Shown piece by piece: positions 50,246 to 59,050 of a stretch of 64,000 bases of DNA. This DNA is from an uncultured Hyphomicrobiales bacterium. Its GTDB lineage: Bacteria > Bacteroidota > Ignavibacteria > Kapaibacteriales > UBA2268. Every line of letters begins with the position of its first letter. Positions within the stretch are counted from its first letter, which is position 1. Where the stretch lies: contig CAZOOR010000002.1 of the NCBI GenBank assembly GCA_964581505.1, forward strand, positions 19,700 to 83,699, in the 5' to 3' direction. The position numbers were made by a program, and so were the translations under genes. The notes beneath the pieces were generated by a model that had not been told where the DNA came from, made no database searches, and saw nothing but the letters and a program-made list of their open reading frames with translations.

Positions 50246-50282
50246 AAAAAAAAGACTGCTTTTCACTAAGCAGTCTTTTTTT
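50246..50282. terminator. Bidirectional terminator after tRNA-Val(GAC)
   Basis: AAAAAAAAGACTGCT/AGCAGTCTTTTTTT inverted repeat between the tRNA and the convergent lipoprotein gene. Confidence 0.8.
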
Positions 50283-50317
50283 ATTATAAAACTGAAAAAT
50301 CGATTCAATTTAATAAT

Positions 50318-51580
50318 CTATTTCACATTAATAATTGATACCGATTTCATTCCTTTATCATATAATGATGCCTTTTGAGCAATAGCATCTTTATTATTTA
50401 GGAATTTAATACCGACAATATAGCCACCCGATTTAACTTTAAAAATATTAAAACCATAATCGGATTTTTCTTTAATATACTCTTTCGCCGGTAATAATGA
50501 TTGAAATTCCTTTACTTTTACAATATATTTTAAATCTCCAGTATTACTCGAATATGCATTTGGTGCTGAAAAGTTTAATGGCTCCCATAAATTAGGTCTT
50601 TTACCTTTTGCACCTAGTTTAATGCAATAATTTCCCTGAAGTCTATTTTTTTCATAATATTCAATGATGTAATAACCGGGATGAAAAGTATGTTTTTTAT
50701 GAATTGTTCTATCTTGACGATTACGAGGTATAAATTGTTGAATATTTGCTGTTAATTTCATATACTCAAAATCACTTAAATAATCGGCATTATCAGGTAA
50801 AGGCTCTTCCTTAATAAATTCAAAGATATTCTCTCTAAAATTAATTCGCTTAAAATCAGCAATAATTTCAGGTTCCAAAATAGTGTGCTTCATAATATCA
50901 CCGGCACAGTTATATTTATTCTTCTCGTAATAAACCAATATTTTGTTTCCCCATTTTGGTAAAGGAGACAATTTTTTAATTACAACTCTTGAAATATTAT
51001 CCCCAAGAATTACAATTCCATTTTTAATAAATTCTTTTGTTGATAATTGAATAAATTCACTTGCATCAATAGAATTATAATGGATATCTTCGGCTACCCT
51101 AACCACATACTCATACCATGTATTTGTTTTTTTAACTTCTTTTCCAAAACGATTATCTTCGGGTTTAATCTCACGTTCTTTGTGCCTTTCGTAACCAAGT
51201 TCATATAATGAGGGCTTTCCAAGATTTGAAACACTGCTTTTTTGAATTTTACATTTTTGCCTTTTAGTTGTCAACTCTCCCGATTGAATTTTATCATTTT
51301 TTGATTCTAAACGCAAATATTTATAATTCTTTTGAATGTATTCAAAGGAATGTTTGTCAATAAATTTTTTCCGATATGGACCATCAATAAATACGTAAAG
51401 TCCATTTTCTTTCAATTCATACTGAGGTCTAAATCCATCACTTGATTGTATATCAATAACTTCGGTTTCCTTTTCATTGTCATTCGTAATAACCGCAGTT
51501 AAAGTCTTATCGTCCTTCTTGTTACAACTAAATAAAAATACAAGTAAAAGAAGAACAGAAACGTTCAAACATCTTTTCAT
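50318..51580 (-). CDS. Hypothetical lipoprotein, possible C-terminal SPOR-like domain
   Basis: Lipobox LFSC; Lys/Ile/Asn-rich; C-terminal YIVKVKEF..LLPAKEY...GGYIVGIKFLNNKDAIAQKASLYDKGMKSVSI resembles the SPOR beta-alpha-beta repeat. Confidence 0.6.
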   Translation of the reverse strand: MKRCLNVSVLLLLVFLFSCNKKDDKTLTAVITNDNEKETEVIDIQSSDGFRPQYELKENGLYVFIDGPYRKKFIDKHSFEYIQKNYKYLRLESKNDKIQSGELTTKRQKCKIQKSSVSNLGKPSLYELGYERHKEREIKPEDNRFGKEVKKTNTWYEYVVRVAEDIHYNSIDASEFIQLSTKEFIKNGIVILGDNISRVVIKKLSPLPKWGNKILVYYEKNKYNCAGDIMKHTILEPEIIADFKRINFRENIFEFIKEEPLPDNADYLSDFEYMKLTANIQQFIPRNRQDRTIHKKHTFHPGYYIIEYYEKNRLQGNYCIKLGAKGKRPNLWEPLNFSAPNAYSSNTGDLKYIVKVKEFQSLLPAKEYIKEKSDYGFNIFKVKSGGYIVGIKFLNNKDAIAQKASLYDKGMKSVSIINVK

Positions 51581-51837
51581 AGCATACTCTAATAATAATT
51601 AAACAAACAATATATTTAATACCCCCCTACATTTTCCTCATTTATGCAGAATCATGGTAAATGTTAATAATTTTATTATTATTAATAAAGTTCATATCGT
51701 AATATAGTTAAAATAATAATAATTTCAAAATATTTTATCAATATGTATTTGATAAACCACAGATTTAATATTTAAATTAAATACATATATCAATAAATAT
51801 TGTATTGCTATTGCTAATTAGTGTTTTATAGGAGACA

Positions 51838-51871
51838 TTTGTTGATAATTCGATAAATATTCTTATTTTTG
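51838..51871 (+). promoter_or_regulatory. Bacteroidota-type promoter of tRNA-Val(CAC)
   Basis: TTTG (51838-51841), 22-nt spacer, TATTTTTG (51864-51871), 11 nt before the tRNA. Confidence 0.5.
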
Positions 51872-51882
51872 TAAGGGAAACA

Positions 51883-51957
51883 GGGTTCTTAGCTCAGTTG
51901 GTCTAGAGCGCTTCCTTCACACGGAAGAGGTCACAGGTTCAAATCCTGCAGAACCCA
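51883..51957 (+). tRNA. tRNA-Val (anticodon CAC)
   Basis: GGGTTCT/AGAACCC acceptor, anticodon arm CTTCC-TTCACAC-GGAAG, T arm ACAGG-TTCAAAT-CCTGC (A49-C65 mismatch), discriminator A; 67/75 identical to the GAC copy. Confidence 0.88.
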
Positions 51958-52093
51958 CAAGTGTTTTTTTAACAGTTTTGGACTATTGTTTAATTTAATT
52001 AACAGTTTAGCCAAAGCAATAATAATTGATTTTTTTTGTTTATTACTATTCAGAGATATAATCATATAAAGAATTTTACGGGAGAGCAGTGAT

Positions 52094-52594
52094 ATGTGCG
52101 AGATTCTTGAAAAGCATAGAAAAAGCATTAAAGAGAACAAAAAGATACTAAACAGGCGAATATACAGTATGAAGCAGACTAGTGAAGAGGACATTGATAA
52201 AAAGCTTGATAAAATAATTGAAAACACCAATCTGCTAAATAGTATTTCAAATGAGATAAATAATCTGGCAAATGACTATTATGTTAGAATTAATCATCTG
52301 ATTAAAAATTATTCGCAAAGTGATTTGAAAAAATTCAAGAATTTTATTGACGAATATGAAAAGCTGATTATTAAATTATCATCAACAGAAAATATTAGAG
52401 CTTACCGTACTTCCCGTTCCAATCTGATTATTGCAATTGATAAATTATATGCTATTTATAAAATACTTGATACGAATGTCCTATCACGTATTGAATATGT
52501 TAACGACTACGAAGAGAATGAAATTAATGAAATACTTGGCTCAATGAAATCCGAAGATTTAGAAGTTACCCGTACTTTTACACAAAAGTTCTGA
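52094..52594 (+). CDS. Hypothetical helical protein, putative antitoxin partner of the downstream RelE-like toxin
   Basis: GGAG SD; basic N-terminus, acidic C-terminus (IEYVNDYEENEINEILGSMKSEDLE); stop lies 3 nt before toxin start. Confidence 0.5.
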   Translation: MCEILEKHRKSIKENKKILNRRIYSMKQTSEEDIDKKLDKIIENTNLLNSISNEINNLANDYYVRINHLIKNYSQSDLKKFKNFIDEYEKLIIKLSSTENIRAYRTSRSNLIIAIDKLYAIYKILDTNVLSRIEYVNDYEENEINEILGSMKSEDLEVTRTFTQKF

Positions 52595-52597
52595 GCA

Positions 52598-52897
52598 ATG
52601 ACCTCGCAAGAAAGAGATATTGTAATTCAATATTCCAGACAGGCGGATAAATTTGTTTCAAATTCAAATAGAAAATTATCATTTAATATTGTAAATGGCT
52701 TATGTCATAAAGCCGTAAAAAGGATATTTGGTAATAATATCAATATCGACCTAAAGAAATTAAAAAGCAAAAAAAATCAATACAGAATAAGATATAGGCA
52801 TTTCAGAATAATTTTCCAATATGATTTGAAGAAACAAACAATCATTGTATTTATCATTTCCGTTTACAATAGAGACAAATCGTACAAGAAAAGATAA
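52598..52897 (+). CDS. RelE/ParE superfamily type II toxin-like protein
   Basis: 99 aa, strongly basic; IQYSRQADKF, IDLKKLK, QYRIRYRHFRIIF, IISVYNRDKSY follow the RelE pattern (Y...A.K.l...dikkLk....yRlRvG.yRiif....i..i..R...Y). Confidence 0.75.
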   Translation: MTSQERDIVIQYSRQADKFVSNSNRKLSFNIVNGLCHKAVKRIFGNNINIDLKKLKSKKNQYRIRYRHFRIIFQYDLKKQTIIVFIISVYNRDKSYKKR

Positions 52898-53152
52898 AAT
52901 ATGTCAATACAAGCATATTTATATTAAATTTCAGGGCTTACCTTTACCGTTTTTCTCAACTGTTGATTTAAATTATACTAATAAATTGTTAAATAGAACA
53001 AGATATAAAATAGTAAGAGGGAAATAGATACGAGAAGGTATAACTATACATAAAATCATATTACAATTTGTTTATAATATACATATTAGTTATTTTTGTA
53101 TTATAGATGTATTTAACATTTATTTTTTTACAACAATTAAAAAGGTGTTACT

Positions 53153-54373
53153 ATGCAACGACAATCTTCAAATTTATCAATTATTGTTTTATTTGTAGGG
53201 ATTATTTCATTATTCCTGATTTCCTGTACAGATTCGAGTAATTCTCCCGGTAAAGATGGAAAAGAAATATCTTTTTTAATGTGCCATTATAAAGGTGGAC
53301 AGTTCGGAAACAAGTACGGGTTGGTTTTAGTACATTCGCCCAAAAGCATTGAATGGGTTTCAGATTATTATCCTTGCCAATTGTCGACAAATTTCGTTGA
53401 TATAAAGAACGGTAGAATAGCTTTCTCTTGCGAGAATCCGCCAAAGGGAAAATCTCCAATTGCATATATGGATATAGATGATATAAAAAACATCAAGTTT
53501 GTCCCAATTCCAAAATCTAAAGATGAAAAATATTATTGGAGTGTTCCAAAAGCAGTAAGACCACAGGTTATGTCTGATGGAAGAATAATCTTTAAAGTAA
53601 TTTATGAAACAAAAAATCAATATGACGATTACCATCTGGGACAGATGGCTATATATAATCCGAAGACAGATAAATTTGAAATGTCCGGCTCATTAACTCC
53701 TTTTATTAAGGAGCAACCCGAAAAGGGTTCGGATACTGAAGCCGGTTCGATGAATTCGACTTTTTCCTTATCAAATGACGATAAATTTGTTTGTTTAACT
53801 GCTTATGGATATGGGACGAGCGGTGGTGCTTATCACCAAGATAAATTCTTTATTGTCAAATATGACATAGCCTCTAAAAAATACACACGTATTACACAAG
53901 TGAAAGCTGATATACTGTTTGTTTCCGCAGATAATCAGTATGTTGTTGTTAATTCGGATACGAAAAAGAAAAGATACAATGCACATAGCGACAATACTAG
54001 CGGTTTTGTACTTGATAATTATCGAGATAATATTTGTGTCGGACAGTATTCAAGAAAAAATTCATACTTTTTTAAGATATGGCGCGGCAGCGGTATGCAT
54101 TTTTTTGATGCTAATTCGGGACCACTTTATTTACTGATTTTGGGCGATAGTTTGAAGCGTCCCTATCGTGGATTAGGACGGGGAGCGCAATTCTCACCCG
54201 ACGAGAAATTTATTTATTTTATGGCATCAAAAGATTTTCATACTAATTACCGTTCAGAATTTGCAATTCTCAGAACACCTGCAGACTTTGGAAAAGTAAA
54301 TACCAATCCCGATTCTATTTTCGTTCTACCCGCAGATTTTGACAGACCGATGTTTTTATTGATTAGCAAATGA
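53153..54373 (+). CDS. Hypothetical lipoprotein, probable beta-propeller
   Basis: Lipobox LISC; beta-strand-rich repeats (FSLSNDDKFV, FVSADNQYV, AQFSPDEKFIYF) typical of WD40/PD40-like blades; TATTTTTG box at 53091-53098. Confidence 0.65.
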   Translation: MQRQSSNLSIIVLFVGIISLFLISCTDSSNSPGKDGKEISFLMCHYKGGQFGNKYGLVLVHSPKSIEWVSDYYPCQLSTNFVDIKNGRIAFSCENPPKGKSPIAYMDIDDIKNIKFVPIPKSKDEKYYWSVPKAVRPQVMSDGRIIFKVIYETKNQYDDYHLGQMAIYNPKTDKFEMSGSLTPFIKEQPEKGSDTEAGSMNSTFSLSNDDKFVCLTAYGYGTSGGAYHQDKFFIVKYDIASKKYTRITQVKADILFVSADNQYVVVNSDTKKKRYNAHSDNTSGFVLDNYRDNICVGQYSRKNSYFFKIWRGSGMHFFDANSGPLYLLILGDSLKRPYRGLGRGAQFSPDEKFIYFMASKDFHTNYRSEFAILRTPADFGKVNTNPDSIFVLPADFDRPMFLLISK

Positions 54374-54505
54374 TAGATACACCATAATAAAAATATACAA
54401 AAGCAGAAGTTTATGCTACTGCTTTTTATATTATTAGACAATAGTTCAAATTAAATTTCAGTGCTTAGCGTCATTAGTTTGTATGATTTTATTTAATTGT
54501 GAATA

Positions 54506-56596
54506 ATGAATTTTCTAAATCCCGCAATACTATTCGCTATGTTTGCCGCCGCAATTCCGTTGCTACTTCACTTGTTGAATTTACGGAAATTGAAGCGTGT
54601 GGAATTTTCTTCTTTGAAGTTTATAAAAGAACTACAAAAAACAAGAATACGCAAAGTTAAATTGAAACAAATTATTCTCTTAATTCTGCGAACATTAATT
54701 ATCGCTTTTATTGTTCTTGCTTTTGCACGTCCAACAATAAAGAGTGAATTACCCCTACTCGGCACTTATGCAAAATCCAGCGTTGTAATTTTGTTGGATA
54801 ATTCATTCAGTATTGATGTATCCGATGAATTCGGCAATCGCCTGAAGCAAGCGAAGTCGGCTGCCGCCTCTATATTGAACAGCCTAAAACCCGGCGATGA
54901 CGCCGTAATAATCCCAATGTCCGGTACAGAAAATCAGGCATTATCACTATCAAGAAATTTTGCTCAATTAAATGACGAATTGACAAGAATCACAATATCA
55001 AATAAGCCTGCGGCATTTGTTGATGCAGTTAGTAAAGCGTATTCATTGCTCGAAGAAAGTAAAAATCTGAATAGGGAAATCTATCTGATTAGCGATTGCC
55101 AGCAAAATGTATTTTCGTATAGCGGCACGGATTCGCTGAACTATTTTAATCCAAATACATCATTATATATAGTGAATATAGGGAGTAATTCAAAAAGTAG
55201 TATTGTCAATCTCTCGGTAGATTCTTTGCAATCACTTACACAGCTCTTTCTGCAAGACGAGCCGGTAGAATTCCGAACAAGTATTAAGAACAATTCCAAT
55301 AAAAATATTTCCGGCTTGGTAGTTTCGCTTTTCTACAACAAAAACAGAACTGCACAAATGGCGATTGATATTGATGCAGGACAAACTAAAACAATCAATA
55401 TGTTTGGCGAACCAAAGGACTTCGGAGTAGTAAAAGCTTTTGTGGAAATTGAAAATGATGCACTAGACCATGACAACAGGCGATACTTCGGTTTCTATAT
55501 TCCCGAGAAGCCGCAAGTAGCAGTATTTGGCAATAAAAATATTTTTCCTGTTGAGACGGTTCTCAAACTCAACGATTCGAGAATTGCGTATGCCGTATTC
55601 CAATTATCCCAGCTTGGTTCTATTAATTTGAGTAAGTATGATATATTAATCATAACTGACGGACTGACAGACGCAAATCAATTCAAAGTACTAAAAGACT
55701 ATATAGAAACCGGTGGCTCTACCCTATTATTTGCCGGCGAAGGAAATAAAAGCTACATTGCATATACCGAAGGATTGAACCTACTTGGTATTTCCGCAAT
55801 TGACATTAAACAATTTTCCGACTCATCACCTTTGGAATTTAATTATACGGACAAACAACACCCATTATTCAAAGGTGTTTTCAAAGGAAATACAAATAGC
55901 AACAAACAGGTGGAGACAGCGGAAATCAGCAAACTAATAGTTAGCAAATCAGGACAAAGCATTATCTCTACATCTGCCGGAAATATCCTGAGTGAAATAC
56001 GACTTGGTAAGGGAAAACTATTTTTTGTTTCAACGGGATTAGGTGCAAGCTGGAGCAATTTTCCACTGACAGGTATATTCCCCGTACTGATTTATCGCTC
56101 TGTATTTTATCTCACATCAAAGGAATATACCGGTATTTCCGCCAAAGTTGGGGACAAAGTAAGGATTGTCATACCAAAGAAATTTGCTAATATTCCTCGT
56201 TTTAAAATCACAGACCCAAGCGGACTTGAGTCATTCAGAGAAGCCGCCGTTCTACCATCTGCGGCAATCCTTGAATTAGATAATTTGACTCAACAAGGGG
56301 TATATATAATTAGCACACCGTCCAATAAAGTAGTCCAATTATTAAGCGTTAATAATGCGGCAACAGAGTCAATCATTCGGAAACGAGACGAAAAGGTAAT
56401 AAAAAACGATATTGCTAAATATATTGACAACAGAACAGAAATAAAATATATCTCGGCAGAAACAATTGCCAATAATTTTTCACGTGCAAGGACAGGTACC
56501 GAACTTTGGCAATTATTTATTATCTTGGCAATTATTACGGCACTTAGCGAAATGCTTGTGGCACGGAATACAAAAAACGAACTGAGTGGCGAATAA
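54506..56596 (+). CDS. BatA domain / VWA membrane protein
   Basis: MNFLNPAILF...IPLLLHLLN...VEFSSLKFI...LILRTLII..FIVLAFARP (BatA), VILLDNSFS (VWA MIDAS-like), DNRRYF, C-terminal ELWQLFIILA TM. Confidence 0.85.
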   Translation: MNFLNPAILFAMFAAAIPLLLHLLNLRKLKRVEFSSLKFIKELQKTRIRKVKLKQIILLILRTLIIAFIVLAFARPTIKSELPLLGTYAKSSVVILLDNSFSIDVSDEFGNRLKQAKSAAASILNSLKPGDDAVIIPMSGTENQALSLSRNFAQLNDELTRITISNKPAAFVDAVSKAYSLLEESKNLNREIYLISDCQQNVFSYSGTDSLNYFNPNTSLYIVNIGSNSKSSIVNLSVDSLQSLTQLFLQDEPVEFRTSIKNNSNKNISGLVVSLFYNKNRTAQMAIDIDAGQTKTINMFGEPKDFGVVKAFVEIENDALDHDNRRYFGFYIPEKPQVAVFGNKNIFPVETVLKLNDSRIAYAVFQLSQLGSINLSKYDILIITDGLTDANQFKVLKDYIETGGSTLLFAGEGNKSYIAYTEGLNLLGISAIDIKQFSDSSPLEFNYTDKQHPLFKGVFKGNTNSNKQVETAEISKLIVSKSGQSIISTSAGNILSEIRLGKGKLFFVSTGLGASWSNFPLTGIFPVLIYRSVFYLTSKEYTGISAKVGDKVRIVIPKKFANIPRFKITDPSGLESFREAAVLPSAAILELDNLTQQGVYIISTPSNKVVQLLSVNNAATESIIRKRDEKVIKNDIAKYIDNRTEIKYISAETIANNFSRARTGTELWQLFIILAIITALSEMLVARNTKNELSGE

Positions 56597-56727
56597 AAAC
56601 ACAGTCCTGTGCAATACCGATTAATAATGAACGTTATTTTTATTAATTAAATGATTTAATTATATTTGGAGTTGAAGTATAGTAATTTTTATTTACTTTT
56701 TTTTATTTACTTAGCAAAAAAATATAA

Positions 56728-58935
56728 ATGCGTTTTAGCTTTCAAAAAGTATTCATAAGCATAACCGCCCTGTTCCTACTTGCAATGGCGGGTTGTAAGA
56801 AATTTGACAATTTCACAACATACTTCAACACATACTACAACACTCAGCGGATAATGAACGAGAGTGAAGATGAGTTTGAATTCCAAGATGAAAAGAAACG
56901 TGTAAAACCCAGAGTATTTGTCCCCGAACCGAAATTCAAAGCAACCCAATATACAGGCGGTGTAGCACCGTTTATGCAGGAATTTGTAATATCAATGAAA
57001 CAACTGCAACCCGTAAAAATCAAAATGGATTCGGTAATCATCAAGGGTTCAAAAATATTAGCAAAACATCCGAAAAGTAAGTATATTGAGGGTACGCTGT
57101 TCCTAATGGCAAAGTCATATTTTTATCAAAGATTATGGTTACCTGCTCAAATAAAATGTTCGGAATTAGTAGATAGATTCCCTGACGGCGATATGGTTCC
57201 CGATGCACTATTACTAAGTGCAAAAAGCCTATTGATGCAACAGAACTATCCATCTGGGAAAATTATGCTGTCGCGAACAGTGGACTATGCTTGGCAGAAA
57301 AAAAGGTGGGATATACTATCTCAGGCTTTTAGAATTCAGGCAGAATTAGCATTGCTCGAAGACGATATTGACGGAGCGCTTCGCCCATATCGCCAAGCAA
57401 TTGCACAATCGGAGAATGATGAATTAAGAGCTAAGTGGCAGGTTGATATGTCTGCTATCTATTATCGTGTCGGTCGATTTAAAGAGGCGTCCAAATCATT
57501 TGCAAGAGTACAAAAATACAGTCCGGATTATCAGGCGGCATTCGAGGGTTATTTGTATCAGGCAATTTCCTTATACCATACCGGCGATACGCTCAAAGCT
57601 AACAGAATTGTAAAGATGTTAGAAAATGACGGCAAATATGAAGAGTGGCAGAGTTATGTCCTATTTGCAAAAATGACCAAATATAGAATTTATGAACAAA
57701 AGCAGGAATTGGAAACTGCTGAGACTTTTGCGGACTCCGCATATATGAACAATACCGCTATTAATGCAGTATATTTTGAGAAAGCTGTAGATTTCTACAA
57801 GGACAAAAATTATAACGAAGCACGCAGATTTTTCTCACGTGCAAAGAACAAGCGTTCTATGTTCTCTAAAACATCAAACCAAATGTATTTTCTTCTGAAC
57901 TCTTGGGACCAAAAACATAGGGTAAGCGACCCGATGTTGTGCAAACTTGATTCGGGCGAAGTACTTGACGATACATCAAGAATTGTTCTCTCGCAAATGC
58001 TATTTGAAATCGGGCGAATACACGAGGAAATGAATAATCCCGATTCTACTCTGATTTTTTATCATAAAGCTTCTTTATATTCACCTGCAAGCGATACTAT
58101 GACAGCAAGATATATCTATGCTTATGCCCGTACAATGAGAGACAGAGATGTGCGACTTTCAGATTCACTCTATCAAGTAATTGCAGATAAATATCCAAGA
58201 ACCGAATATGGCAAAGATGCAATGAAACGCTTGGGCTATACAAAACGATTTATAATAAACAAGCCGGCGGAGATATATCAATCTGCTAATAGCCTCCGAA
58301 TGAATGAGGAATACGATATGTCATTAAGACAGTATCTTTTATTGGTAGAGGAATATCCCGATTATAAATTAAGTCCGAAAGCTCTCTACTCCGTTGGTTG
58401 GATATGGGAAAATAATTTAAAAAATATTGACAGTGCTTTATTTTATTATGATATGCTAATTGCAAAATACCCTAATTCCGTATATGCACAGGATATTGTT
58501 TCGGGTGTAAGCTATTTAACGGCTATCAAAAAGGGAGAAATAAAACCCGGCGAAGAAATTCCTAAGGAATATTTCAAAGCAAAAGCAGTGAATTTAGATA
58601 AAATTTCTAAAAGAGAAGTATTAACACCGGCTGAAAAAAATCCCGAATTATTGAAGAAAAACGAGGCATTTAACCCTTTGGATATAATCAGCGACCCGGG
58701 TAAAGCATTTAATAATGTCATACAAACGTTAAAGGAAACCGGTAACGATTTGCAGAATAGCGTTGATAAAAAATTCCAAGAGATTAAAGACCCGAAGAGC
58801 CTAATGAATAGCGTCAATTTGAATATGCCGAAACTTCCCGGTTTGGGTTCGGACTCCACAAAGAATGATATGCCGAATAAACCGGAAGATAAAAAGAAGA
58901 AAAAAGAAGAAGAGACGAGCAAACCGCACAAATAG
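56728..58935 (+). CDS. TPR lipoprotein resembling the T9SS periplasmic component PorW/SprE
   Basis: Lipobox MAGC followed by NFTTYFNTYYN; SKILAKHPKSKY; many TPR helices; ALYSVGWIW; charged low-complexity tail. Confidence 0.6.
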   Translation: MRFSFQKVFISITALFLLAMAGCKKFDNFTTYFNTYYNTQRIMNESEDEFEFQDEKKRVKPRVFVPEPKFKATQYTGGVAPFMQEFVISMKQLQPVKIKMDSVIIKGSKILAKHPKSKYIEGTLFLMAKSYFYQRLWLPAQIKCSELVDRFPDGDMVPDALLLSAKSLLMQQNYPSGKIMLSRTVDYAWQKKRWDILSQAFRIQAELALLEDDIDGALRPYRQAIAQSENDELRAKWQVDMSAIYYRVGRFKEASKSFARVQKYSPDYQAAFEGYLYQAISLYHTGDTLKANRIVKMLENDGKYEEWQSYVLFAKMTKYRIYEQKQELETAETFADSAYMNNTAINAVYFEKAVDFYKDKNYNEARRFFSRAKNKRSMFSKTSNQMYFLLNSWDQKHRVSDPMLCKLDSGEVLDDTSRIVLSQMLFEIGRIHEEMNNPDSTLIFYHKASLYSPASDTMTARYIYAYARTMRDRDVRLSDSLYQVIADKYPRTEYGKDAMKRLGYTKRFIINKPAEIYQSANSLRMNEEYDMSLRQYLLLVEEYPDYKLSPKALYSVGWIWENNLKNIDSALFYYDMLIAKYPNSVYAQDIVSGVSYLTAIKKGEIKPGEEIPKEYFKAKAVNLDKISKREVLTPAEKNPELLKKNEAFNPLDIISDPGKAFNNVIQTLKETGNDLQNSVDKKFQEIKDPKSLMNSVNLNMPKLPGLGSDSTKNDMPNKPEDKKKKKEEETSKPHK

Positions 58936-59050
58936 ATTTCAACAATTAATGTTGCGAAATACAAATTTCTTTTAATAATAAATTAAAATTCATTAAATTG
59001 GAACGGCATAACAATAGCCGTCCGTTTTTTTTATTTTTTTTTGAGGGATT

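Noticed and set aside
51958-54505. Integrative element/prophage at tRNA-Val(CAC)
   Set aside because: No integrase, transposase or phage gene and no duplicated tRNA 3' end (attR) seen downstream; kept only as an accessory islet.
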